A program made the position numbers and the translations under genes. Shown piece after piece: positions 8,933 to 16,330 of a stretch of 47,921 nucleotides of DNA; within the stretch, counting starts at the first letter, position 1; every line of letters begins with the position of its first letter. The DNA is from a virus. The notes beneath the pieces were generated by a model, which searched no databases, was not told where the DNA came from, and worked only from the letters and a program-made list of their open reading frames with translations. The stretch lies in the IMG/VR virus record IMGVR_UViG_3300045988_102864, one strand, 5' to 3'.

Positions 8933-9303
8933 CCGCAACGGAACAGATAAGCTACGACACGATTAGCAACGGAATCGAAATGAATCGAGAAGAAACGCGC
9001 CGAAAAGGAATCGAATGGACAGGCGGCGAAAGGCACAGCAACGGAAACGTATTGATATGATAGGCATAGAGCAGGACCGCGACGGAAAAGCGAAGCACGG
9101 ACAAGCGCGGAAACGGAGAAGACAGGCGTCGCAGAGAGCGGCAGCGGAAAGGCAACGTAAGGACTTGAATCGCGACGAAAGGTGTAGCAACGGAACAGCA
9201 GTGCTAAGATACGCCACGGAATGGCACCGAATCGCTACGACAAGACCCGAAACGGAAAAGCAAAAATACCGCGCCGGCGGAATCCGGCAGAAAGGAAGAT
9301 AAT
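8933..9303 (+). other. Purine-rich, T-depleted 371-bp tract with repeated gcaacggaa / cggaa motifs (ncRNA, binding-site array, or a very basic protein)
   Basis: gcaacggaa occurs at 8935, 8966, 9038 and 9187. There are about ten cggaa motifs. Some 60-nt lines contain only 2-6 T. The open frames on both strands are expected from stop-codon depletion alone. Confidence 0.5.
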
Positions 9304-9894
9304 ATGGCAAAATTTAAAGTTGGAGATAGAGTTAGGGTAATTTCCGTTGGTTGTCGGAAAATAATAGAAGTAGGAGATGCAGGAACAATAAAAGGTTGCA
9401 GCGCTTTAGGGAACTATGCTGTAGAATTTGACCGTCAAAGCAGCTATTTCATTCGATGTGATGGGCTGACAAAGCGCGACCGTGGTCTTTGGGTAAGCCC
9501 TGAGGACCTTGAACTCGTCGAAGAGAAACCAACCCGTGAATTTAAGTTGATTATCACCTCAAAGGGCGACACCACCACGGCAAAGCTGATACACGGCAAG
9601 GACGTAGCGAAAGAAGCAACCGTGACGCGATACAGCAAAGACGAATACAGCGAGAAAGCCGCCGTTGAAGCTGTTACGAAGAAGATTTTCGGCGAGGATG
9701 AGAAGAAAGAAGAGCTATTCAACGGAAAAGTAGTGTGTTTGATGGATTTAACGTATATCCCTAAGTACACAAAGGGACGTGTGTATGAATTTGTAAATGG
9801 AAATTGCAAAGACGATTACGGGAACGTCATAAATTTTAGATACACATTGGAGGAAGTGGAAAAATCAAAATGGTTTCTTCCGATAGTGGAATGA
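9304..9894 (+). CDS. Hypothetical protein (196 aa)
   Basis: Good ORF immediately after the purine tract. The region is more AT-rich than its flanks. Confidence 0.55.
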   Translation: MAKFKVGDRVRVISVGCRKIIEVGDAGTIKGCSALGNYAVEFDRQSSYFIRCDGLTKRDRGLWVSPEDLELVEEKPTREFKLIITSKGDTTTAKLIHGKDVAKEATVTRYSKDEYSEKAAVEAVTKKIFGEDEKKEELFNGKVVCLMDLTYIPKYTKGRVYEFVNGNCKDDYGNVINFRYTLEEVEKSKWFLPIVE

Positions 9895-9904
9895 CGGAGG
9901 ACGA

Positions 9905-10291
9905 ATGAAAGACCCGACAAAAATAAATGTCCTTGTGGCTTGCGAGGAATCGCAGCGCGTGTGCATGGCGTTCCGCGAGAGAGGATTTAACGCTTTCTCC
10001 TGCGATATACAGGAGTGCTCCGGCGGACATCCCGAATATCACATACTCGGAGACGCGGTGAAAGCACTTGACGCGGGAGAAATAACCACGATGGACGGTA
10101 GGACACACAGCATACCGAAGTGGGATTTGCTTATAGCTCACCCGCCGTGTACATATCTAAGCAATGTCGCGACACGTGCATTTTCGCTCAGATGTACCCC
10201 TCCCGAAAAAGTTGTGCGGCGATGGGAAGACAAATCTTGTCACGCTCTGCATAAGCTGCCATCTCAAAAGGCACGGAAAGGTAAAACATGA
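9905..10291 (+). pseudogene. Truncated phage-type C5-methyltransferase-like gene
   Basis: INVLVACEESQRV...LLIAHPPCTYLSN matches the N-half of small phage MTase-like proteins. After about residue 95 the frame reads through unrelated sequence. Confidence 0.5.
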
Positions 10292-10295
10292 CTGA
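10164..10295 (+). pseudogene. HNH endonuclease remnant (43 codons, +1 frame relative to 9905..10291)
   Basis: Hand translation MSRHVHFRSDVPLPKKLCGDGKTNLVTLCISCHLKRHGKVKHD contains H-x-H...N-L-x-x-L-C-x-x-C-H-x-x-x-H. The N-terminal CxxC part is missing. Confidence 0.45.
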
Positions 10296-10602
10296 ATACG
10301 AAAGATTACAAGAGCTGCTGTATAGGTTGCGCGAGATAATGCCGGAGATAGGAGAGAATCCCGTTGCCGACGAGATGTACAACATGGTGTTTGAGAATAC
10401 CGAGAACACGGACGAAGATGTTGTAGAAGTAGTGAGGTGCAAAGACTGCATCCATCACAGGCAGCTTGACCGCAAAGACCCCTACGAGGACAGCTTCATC
10501 GAGGGATGCCTTTGGTGCATGCTGGGACGCGGAGACGGTGTTATGCCAGAACAGTTCTGCGACGACGGCGCGAAAATGTTCGAAAGCGAGGATGAAGAAT
10601 GA
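10288..10602 (+). CDS. Hypothetical acidic Cys-containing protein
   Basis: 104-aa ORF, translationally coupled to its neighbours. Confidence 0.55.
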   Translation: MTEYERLQELLYRLREIMPEIGENPVADEMYNMVFENTENTDEDVVEVVRCKDCIHHRQLDRKDPYEDSFIEGCLWCMLGRGDGVMPEQFCDDGAKMFESEDEE

Positions 10603-10817
10603 ACGATAAAACAGACCGCGCAAGCGAAATAATGAAACAAATGGAGTTTGTCGAACAACTCACACAGAAGCTCAACAGAGCTATATACCTCGGCGCAAAA
10701 ACGGCTATAGGATATAGCGGCATGTGCGGACACACTCAGGTGCAGTCCGACATAAAGCGGCTCAGGCGTGAGCTGATGGAGCTGTCAAACATGATAGGCT
10801 GTCAGTATAGGAGGTAA
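10599..10817 (+). CDS. Hypothetical protein
   Basis: 72-aa ORF with an ATGA overlap. Confidence 0.5.
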   Translation: MNDKTDRASEIMKQMEFVEQLTQKLNRAIYLGAKTAIGYSGMCGHTQVQSDIKRLRRELMELSNMIGCQYRR

Positions 10818-10822
10818 TAACG

Positions 10823-11131
10823 ATGGGAGAAAAGAAAGAATACAAAATCGGAGTGCCGATATACGAAACGGAAATATACAGCGAAGAGAGCCGGAGCTGG
10901 CCGCGTCCGAGAAGAATGACACGAAAAAGATTCATTAAATTGCTAATGGGGAAGTTTCATTTTTCTCGAAATCGGGCAAGATACATTGCAAAGAAGATGT
11001 TATTATGGCAGGAAATAGGAACCACAAACAACGTCACCTTGAAAAAGCTGGGAGATAAGACACGGGAAATGCCACCATCATATTCCGATTTTTGGCTATC
11101 ATATCCTATACCTGGGGGAAAAAAGGAGTAG
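10823..11131 (+). CDS. Hypothetical protein
   Basis: 102-aa ORF with SD TAGGAGG upstream. Confidence 0.5.
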   Translation: MGEKKEYKIGVPIYETEIYSEESRSWPRPRRMTRKRFIKLLMGKFHFSRNRARYIAKKMLLWQEIGTTNNVTLKKLGDKTREMPPSYSDFWLSYPIPGGKKE

Positions 11132-11136
11132 ATTAA

Positions 11137-11421
11137 ATGAGAACAACATCAGATGAGCTTCTTAAAAAGTGTGGACTATTGTTCATTACGTCGACAGAAG
11201 TGGAAGAACTTGCGGGAGAATCCCCATGCCTGAACTGCGCAAGAGAAGACTGCAACCTCAGCGGATTTTTCGAACTTGCAAGACGGAGTTTGTACATCCA
11301 CGCGATGCTTGTACGCAAAGAAGAAGAATACAACTTACTGAATGTGTTCGCCGAAGCACTTCCCTTTTTGTTGATTGACTGCAAAGAAAGGATTGCAAAG
11401 AACGAATGCACTGCAAAATAA
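11137..11421 (+). CDS. Hypothetical protein
   Basis: 94-aa ORF. Confidence 0.45.
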   Translation: MRTTSDELLKKCGLLFITSTEVEELAGESPCLNCAREDCNLSGFFELARRSLYIHAMLVRKEEEYNLLNVFAEALPFLLIDCKERIAKNECTAK

Positions 11422-11858
11422 GCGACTGCTTCAACTGCCCCTATCCCGACTGCATCAACGATACCTTTACCTCGCCGAGGGAGTTTACGCCGGAGCAGAA
11501 GAAACGGCAGTGCGAGCTGAAGAAGAAAATGCTTGCGCGGCGAAGAGAGAACGGAGTGTGTATCTACTGCGGAAAGAAGCCCGCGGACAAAGGTTATAAA
11601 TCCTGCATGGAGTGTCGGATAGAACGAACGAAGAAGAACCGCGAATACAGCCGCAAAACGGAAAGATTTACTCCGCGTGAACTGATGGACGGCGTAAAAC
11701 TGTGCAAGCTGTGTGGGAAAAGACCGCCTGTTGACGGAAGAACGATTTGTGAAGAGTGTTTTAAAAAATGCCTTGGCAATCTTAATCACGCCGACAGCAA
11801 AGAGCAGCCGAACAACGGCTTTAGAGCATCAATAGAAGCGTACTGGAGGGAGAGATAA
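11406..11858 (+). CDS. Multi-zinc-ribbon protein
   Basis: Repeated CxxC pairs (CIYCG...CMEC, CKLCG...CEEC). Confidence 0.55.
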   Translation: MHCKISDCFNCPYPDCINDTFTSPREFTPEQKKRQCELKKKMLARRRENGVCIYCGKKPADKGYKSCMECRIERTKKNREYSRKTERFTPRELMDGVKLCKLCGKRPPVDGRTICEECFKKCLGNLNHADSKEQPNNGFRASIEAYWRER

Positions 11859-12130
11859 TGACAAGGGATGGAATTATAAAAATCTTAGACAGAGCCATGC
11901 AACGCTATGTCGAGCGGAATCAGCAGCTTTTCCTCAGCAAGGGAAAAACCGACAAGGAAATGTGGGAGGAGCTTGAAGCTATAAACAATGCGCGGTATAT
12001 TCTCTCACGCTTGCCGCAGGTCGTGAATTGCCCTGACTGCGGGAGAATGTACGATACCGATTATCTTCACTTCTGCGGAGGTGACGAGTGTGTGAGTGGA
12101 GGTGGTACGCACGAAAACGGTAATGTTTAA
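11858..12130 (+). CDS. Hypothetical protein
   Basis: 90-aa ORF with a CPDC motif. Confidence 0.5.
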   Translation: MTRDGIIKILDRAMQRYVERNQQLFLSKGKTDKEMWEELEAINNARYILSRLPQVVNCPDCGRMYDTDYLHFCGGDECVSGGGTHENGNV

Positions 12131-12497
12131 AATCGACTACCCGCCGTCCAAAGCCGGAAAGACCGCATGGAACAGACGCTACGGGCTGAACGCATACTAC
12201 GCGGGAAAGCATTGGGCGGTACGCAAAAAGGACGCAGAGTATTGGCACACAATAACCCGCGCCGCAGTCAGAGAGTGCATTAAAAAGCCTGTGATGTTCG
12301 ATAAACCAGTTGCGTTTACATATTGGTTCAACTCTCAATTAGATTTGTCAAATTGCAGCTCGTTTGTGAAACTCATAGAAGACGGTACGAAAGACTTGCT
12401 GATACACGACGATAGTCGCAAGTATGTGAAACAAATCAATATGCTGTGGCACAACGAAGACTATATTTTAGTAAAGATACAGGAGATAGACGCATGA
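12123..12497 (+). CDS. RusA-like Holliday junction resolvase
   Basis: ORF 12096..12497 trimmed to ATG 12123 (ATGTTTAA overlap). LDLSNCSSFVKLIEDGTKDLLIHDDSRKYV fits the RusA acidic pattern. Confidence 0.6.
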   Translation: MFKIDYPPSKAGKTAWNRRYGLNAYYAGKHWAVRKKDAEYWHTITRAAVRECIKKPVMFDKPVAFTYWFNSQLDLSNCSSFVKLIEDGTKDLLIHDDSRKYVKQINMLWHNEDYILVKIQEIDA

Positions 12498-12832
12498 GCA
12501 AAGAAAACCGCGAAACAATACTGAGCGAAGTAAAGAAGATAATCTGCGACGACCGCAACGAGCAGTACGGCGAGCCGGAAGACAGCTTTGAAAAAATAGC
12601 CGACTACTGGACAACGTATCTCAAGCACAATTGCATTGCACCCGACGCGGACTGTTGTTTAGGAGCGCGAGACGTAGCTATATTGATGGTACTGTTCAAA
12701 CTCGGTCGAATGGAGACAAGCTATTTCCAGAGCTACGACAGCTTTATAGACGCTATAGGCTATATGACCTGCGCAACGGATATCGAATACCCGAAATCGA
12801 CAAACTGGGAGAAAACCAATGCAGATAATTAA
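12494..12832 (+). CDS. Hypothetical phage protein
   Basis: ORF 12446..12832 trimmed to ATG 12494. RNEQYGEPEDSFEKIADYW...DVAILMVLFKLGR is a recurrent phage motif of unknown function. Confidence 0.55.
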   Translation: MSKENRETILSEVKKIICDDRNEQYGEPEDSFEKIADYWTTYLKHNCIAPDADCCLGARDVAILMVLFKLGRMETSYFQSYDSFIDAIGYMTCATDIEYPKSTNWEKTNADN

Positions 12833-13001
12833 AATAATCGTCGCAATACTGCTGTATGGGTATGCCGTCGGTTATTTCATCGGAGCGTTTGCACTATATG
12901 AAGCACCGAACGCAAAACCTGTCAAGCCGAAAATAAAGGCAATGATGTACGGACAAATAGCGGTTGAAATCATAGCCGCTACACTATTGCTTAAAAATTG
13001 A
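12819..13001 (+). CDS. Small two-TM membrane protein
   Basis: 60 aa, two hydrophobic helices. Confidence 0.45.
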   Translation: MQIIKIIVAILLYGYAVGYFIGAFALYEAPNAKPVKPKIKAMMYGQIAVEIIAATLLLKN

Positions 13002-13059
13002 AAGGAAGTGTTGACTTATCGCTAACTTTAACTTTAACCGCGTTATCCTCGGAGGACGT

Positions 13060-13482
13060 TTGACGGCAGACCCCGAGCTGAAAACCACGCCGTCCGGAAT
13101 TTCCGTAACATCATTTACCGTTGCGGTCAACAGACGTTACTCCGGCAAAGACGGAGAGGAAACTAAAGCGGACTTCTTCTGCGTTACCGCATGGAGACAG
13201 ACAGCTGAATTCATCACGCGCTATTTCAGAAAAGCAAGTTCCATCTGCGTAGTAGGAACTCTTCAGACAAGAACATGGACAGACCAGCAGGGACAGAAGC
13301 GTTTTGCTACAGACATTGTCGCTGACGAAGCACATTTTGTTGATGCAAAGTCGGAAATGCCGCAACCGCAAGCCGCTCCGCAGTCAAGCTACATTCCCGA
13401 CGCATACACCCAACCGAAAACAGCTGCCACCACACCTGTATTCGAGGACATAAACCCCGATTCGGAAGAACTGCCTTTCTAA
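13060..13482 (+). CDS. ssb: Single-stranded DNA-binding protein
   Basis: OB-fold core and a C-terminal acidic tip EELPF. The conserved N-terminal strand (NRVILGGRL) is encoded in frame upstream of the TTG at 13060, back to 13015, with no canonical start codon. Confidence 0.85.
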   Translation: MTADPELKTTPSGISVTSFTVAVNRRYSGKDGEETKADFFCVTAWRQTAEFITRYFRKASSICVVGTLQTRTWTDQQGQKRFATDIVADEAHFVDAKSEMPQPQAAPQSSYIPDAYTQPKTAATTPVFEDINPDSEELPF

Positions 13483-13488
13483 AGCGAG

Positions 13489-13683
13489 GTGCATATGAAA
13501 GAACTGCCAACGATAGAACAGATGCAAAAACTATTCCCCGACTATCCGTGCGGACGCGGAAAATGCAAATATCAAGGCAATCAGCTTTTCAGAGCACGTC
13601 GTTGTTCGAATGTTGATTGCCCAGAATTTAAAGCATGGTTCGTAAAACACTGGGCTAAAATTTGTGGAAGAAAAGCCGAATAA
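13489..13683 (+). CDS. Small Cys-rich protein
   Basis: 64 aa, several Cys, last gene of the early operon. Confidence 0.5.
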   Translation: MHMKELPTIEQMQKLFPDYPCGRGKCKYQGNQLFRARRCSNVDCPEFKAWFVKHWAKICGRKAE

Positions 13684-13685
13684 AA

Positions 13686-13718
13686 AAAGAGAGCAAGGAA
13701 TCGCTTCCCTACTCTTTT
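13686..13718. terminator. Bidirectional intrinsic terminator (paralogue of 1151..1187)
   Basis: aaaaaagagagcaaggaatcgcttccctactctttt. It lies between convergent genes. Confidence 0.6.
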
Positions 13719-13883
13719 CTATTTTGCGTGTCTTGCAATGCTTAGTACGGCTTTCTCCGAAAGTCCCGCTGTTCTGTCGGTCGCTGTGGCGAGAACTGTT
13801 ACAAGTCGCACAATCAGCTTTAGCCGTTCCTCGGAGTAGCTTTGTAGTATCTCGGCTATCTCGGTTATAATTTGTTCCTTCAT
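13719..13883 (-). CDS. Small helical protein (54 aa), not in the ORF track
   Basis: SD GAAGGGAAG upstream of ATG 13883. Hand translation MKEQIITEIAEILQSYSEERLKLIVRLVTVLATATDRTAGLSEKAVLSIARHAK. The stop abuts the terminator. Confidence 0.45.
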   Translation of the reverse strand: MKEQIITEIAEILQSYSEERLKLIVRLVTVLATATDRTAGLSEKAVLSIARHAK

Positions 13884-13965
13884 TTTGCACTTCCCTTCTT
13901 TATTCTGCTGTCGATTATATCACACGAACGCTTGTTTGTAAATAGCTTTTGTGAAGAAAATGTGT

Positions 13966-14082
13966 TTACTTGAGAAGTTTTTTATTTTTCTCGAGAAGTT
14001 TCGCGAAGCGCAAAAGAAGGATTATGCCTTTGTCGTTTAGTTTGCTTACGATATTTGCTAACTCAAATCTGCAATGCTTCAT
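13966..14082 (-). CDS. Small helical protein (38 aa), possible paralogue of 13719..13883
   Basis: SD GAAGGGA upstream of ATG 14082. MKHCRFELANIVSKLNDKGIILLLRFAKLLEKNKKLLK. Confidence 0.35.
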   Translation of the reverse strand: MKHCRFELANIVSKLNDKGIILLLRFAKLLEKNKKLLK

Positions 14083-14265
14083 CTGTCTGTCCCTTCTTTG
14101 TTGGAAATATTTTCTAATTCAAGTGTAAAATGCTATTCGAGAGAAGGCAATAGCCGAGTTTAATATTCCGTATTAAAATCAGATACAAAAATATACTGGT
14201 TTTACATTCGACAAATTTATGCACTTATCGGCGCACATTCAATGTTGACAAACATTTAACAACGT

Positions 14266-14299
14266 AAAAGAGCACCCCCATCCAGAAGAGTGCTCTTTT
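14266..14299. terminator. Bidirectional intrinsic terminator
   Basis: 9-bp stem AAAGAGCAC/GUGCUCUUU flanked by A- and T-runs. Confidence 0.6.
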
Positions 14300-14347
14300 A
14301 CACAGCAAATTCATAAACAAAGGAGGAACATGACAGAAGTCACGAAA

Positions 14348-14414
14348 GGAAACGGAGGGAGTTGAACCCTCGCAAGCAGTCTGTTGACCGCCAAACGACC
14401 GATTCGCCGTTCCC
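14348..14414 (-). ncRNA. tRNA-like element 1 (non-canonical, 67 nt)
   Basis: Acceptor GGGAACG/CGUUUCC (7 bp, one G.U). D-arm CGAA-UCGGUCG-UUUG. T-arm GAGGG-UUCAACU-CCCUC. The anticodon arm GCGGU-CAACAG-ACUGC has a 6-nt loop. No encoded CCA. Confidence 0.4.
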
Positions 14415-14484
14415 ATGTGTGACAGCTTTAAAAGCCGCCACGGGTTGAAACAACACGACCGAAAGGACGAACGACCATGTTTGC

Positions 14485-14552
14485 CGCGCTTTGCGGAGTT
14501 GAACCGCAGTTGTACACATTACGGTATCGTCTGCCGTTGAACGTATAGCGCG
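14485..14552 (-). ncRNA. tRNA-like element 2 (non-canonical, 68 nt)
   Basis: Acceptor CGCGCU/AGCGCG. U8-A9. D-arm CGUU-CAACGGCA-GACG (GG present). T-arm UGCGG-UUCAACU-CCGCA. The anticodon region is 3-4 nt too short and forms only a 3-bp stem. Confidence 0.4.
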
Positions 14553-14716
14553 ATATCCGAGCAGCCCGTTGGCGGTTCATCACTCCCGCTTTTTGCTCGG
14601 ATATTTTAAAAGAAAGGAGTTTCAATATGAAGAACAACCAGAGTTCATTGTTCCACAACAATATTATAGCACGTTTAAACGCGTTTGTCAACATTTCTGT
14701 CAACGTTTAGTAACGT

Positions 14717-15334
14717 TTAATGTTTACTAAACAGCTTTGCAAACCAATTCAACTTACGCTTGTTACCTTGTTCAACATCGGATTCGTTTGTTGTCTCAAC
14801 GTTATTCTCGTCTGCGGCAGTGCTTTTGCCAACTGTGGCGTTCTGGGAGACGTTCTGAGGTGCATTAACAAACTTGTCAGATTCACTGACCGCATGGAGC
14901 GTTTGCGCCTGCACAGCGGTTTGTAGCGCGTTGTGGGCGAGTTCGGCAAACTTGCTGGCGTAGTCTGCAATCTGCCTATCACGTTCGTCAAGCATTTCCG
15001 TCTTCTGTTTCAACTCGTCTGCCTGTCTGTCAATTACGTTTCTGAGAGCTTCTACAGTCTCCTGTAGGCTCTTTATTGTTTCTGCGTTCAAACACTCGTG
15101 TCCTTCGTTTTCTTCGCTCTCACAAACCTGTGGTGCGTCACACGCGGTTTCCGCAACTGCTTCTTGTTTTTTTGAGTTGCTATATAGTTTCAATGCATCC
15201 TCGGAAATTCTTTTTACTCCGTCCTCGCTTGTCACTATATATTCTTCAAGACCGTTCCGCTTAATTCTTTGATATACCGATTGACTTGTCACTCCGGCTC
15301 TGTCGGCGAATTCGGCTATTGTGAGGTATTTCAT
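14717..15334 (-). CDS. Replication-associated HTH protein (MerR/excisionase-type N-terminal HTH plus coiled coil)
   Basis: MKYLTIAEFADRAGVTSQSVYQRIKRNG. ATGA overlap with the rep gene. Confidence 0.6.
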   Translation of the reverse strand: MKYLTIAEFADRAGVTSQSVYQRIKRNGLEEYIVTSEDGVKRISEDALKLYSNSKKQEAVAETACDAPQVCESEENEGHECLNAETIKSLQETVEALRNVIDRQADELKQKTEMLDERDRQIADYASKFAELAHNALQTAVQAQTLHAVSESDKFVNAPQNVSQNATVGKSTAADENNVETTNESDVEQGNKRKLNWFAKLFSKH

Positions 15335-16023
15335 GGATTACTCCTTGTTTTTGTGATTGAGAATTTAATGTGAGTTATACTTCTTCCCGTCCGCGTCGGC
15401 TCATAGGCTACACGCAAATCACTAACGGCGTTAATTTCGTCAACGGCAGTGTCGATTACGCGCTTGCGAAAATCAATAAAATCCGAATAACCGCCTATTT
15501 GCATAAGCGTTTTCAAATTTTCAACAGAAACGGTGTACTCGCCTATATTGGCATAGCTTTTAAGTATCTCGTACAAACGTATAGTGTGTTTCGATTCCAT
15601 GTTTAACACGGTTTGAAGCTGATATGCCGTATACGATTCTTTGAGTTCGAGCAAATAAGGTGCTAACCGCTTGTCAAGCTGAATCCTAACCCGCGATTCA
15701 TTTTCGTATATTTCCGCACCCGAAATCCATGCGCATAGCTTCCTTACATTTCCGTCCACTATCCAGAATGACTTGTCGCGTATGGATTGCAGCGTTTCAC
15801 GGAGATTCTTGTAATTCTTGCCGTTTTGAGTAATTCCAAGTGCTTCACACATATCTTGCAGATTGAAATCATACTCATAAAGTTCTTTATCATCTGGTTT
15901 TACCTTGCTTATCGTATACAATATGACTTTTTGCTCCTGTGTTGTCATTCCGTATCTTGACTTTTGAATTAGTTCGTTCTTTTTGACAACCAAATTATTA
16001 ATTTTTTTATCGCTATTTTCCAT
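15331..16023 (-). CDS. Rep_3-family (RepB-like) plasmid replication initiator
   Basis: NELIQKSRYGMTTQEQKVILYTISKV...HTIRLYEILKSY... is the typical winged-helix Rep_3 pattern. ORF 15331..16038 trimmed to the second ATG (SD GAAGGGAG). An iteron array lies immediately upstream. Confidence 0.85.
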   Translation of the reverse strand: MENSDKKINNLVVKKNELIQKSRYGMTTQEQKVILYTISKVKPDDKELYEYDFNLQDMCEALGITQNGKNYKNLRETLQSIRDKSFWIVDGNVRKLCAWISGAEIYENESRVRIQLDKRLAPYLLELKESYTAYQLQTVLNMESKHTIRLYEILKSYANIGEYTVSVENLKTLMQIGGYSDFIDFRKRVIDTAVDEINAVSDLRVAYEPTRTGRSITHIKFSITKTRSNP

Positions 16024-16037
16024 GGTTACTCCCTTCA

Positions 16038-16083
16038 TGTTGAAAACTCTGTGTAAAACCTTGTTGAAAACATTGTTGAAAAC
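16038..16083. repeat. Three exact copies of tgttgaaaac (a fourth lies at 16358..16367) flanking the iteron array
   Basis: 16038..16047, 16062..16071 and 16074..16083. Confidence 0.8.
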
Positions 16084-16124
16084 TGCAAAAGAACAATTTT
16101 CCCGTGTGTTTTCTCGGTTTTACA

Positions 16125-16257
16125 GTTACCAAATGTCCTGTTTATCGTTACCAAATGTCCTGTTTATCGTTACCAAGTGTCCTGTTTTACAGTTACCAAA
16201 TGTCCTGCTATCCGTTACCAAATGTCCTGTTTATCGTTACCAAATGTCCTGTTTAAC
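16125..16257. repeat. Iteron array: six tandem 22-23-bp repeats GTTACCAAATGTCCTGTTTATC (plasmid origin)
   Basis: Copies start at 16125, 16147, 16169, 16192, 16214 and 16236. They are contiguous with no spacers. Confidence 0.9.
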
Positions 16258-16330
16258 ATTTCCCTACTTTAATTAAATAAAAATAGTAAAATAATAAGTA
16301 TCTCTTATAAAAGTAATAAGTATGTTGTTT
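16258..16330. other. AT-rich stretch next to the iterons (candidate DNA-unwinding element)
   Basis: atttccctactttaattaaataaaaatagtaaaataataagtatctcttataaaagtaataagtat, with aataagtat x2. Confidence 0.5.

Noticed and set aside
9015-9302. 95-aa Arg/Lys-rich ORF as a confident CDS
   Set aside because: The region is so T-poor that stop codons are depleted in several frames on both strands. Two long antisense ORFs also appear. ORF length is therefore not evidence of coding. Kept as an open alternative.
13531-13890. 119-aa minus-strand ORF
   Set aside because: It runs through a terminator hairpin and overlaps plus-strand CDS 13489..13683. A different minus frame gives a compact 54-aa ORF with an SD that stops at the terminator.
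14348-14552. Canonical tRNA genes
   Set aside because: The acceptor, D and T arms are present. The anticodon arms cannot form a 5-bp stem with a 7-nt loop, so no anticodon can be assigned. Reported as tRNA-like only.
16125-16257. Possible CRISPR array, because of tandem 22-bp repeats
   Set aside because: The repeats are contiguous with no spacers, lie directly upstream of a Rep_3 initiator gene, and no cas genes are present. They are iterons.
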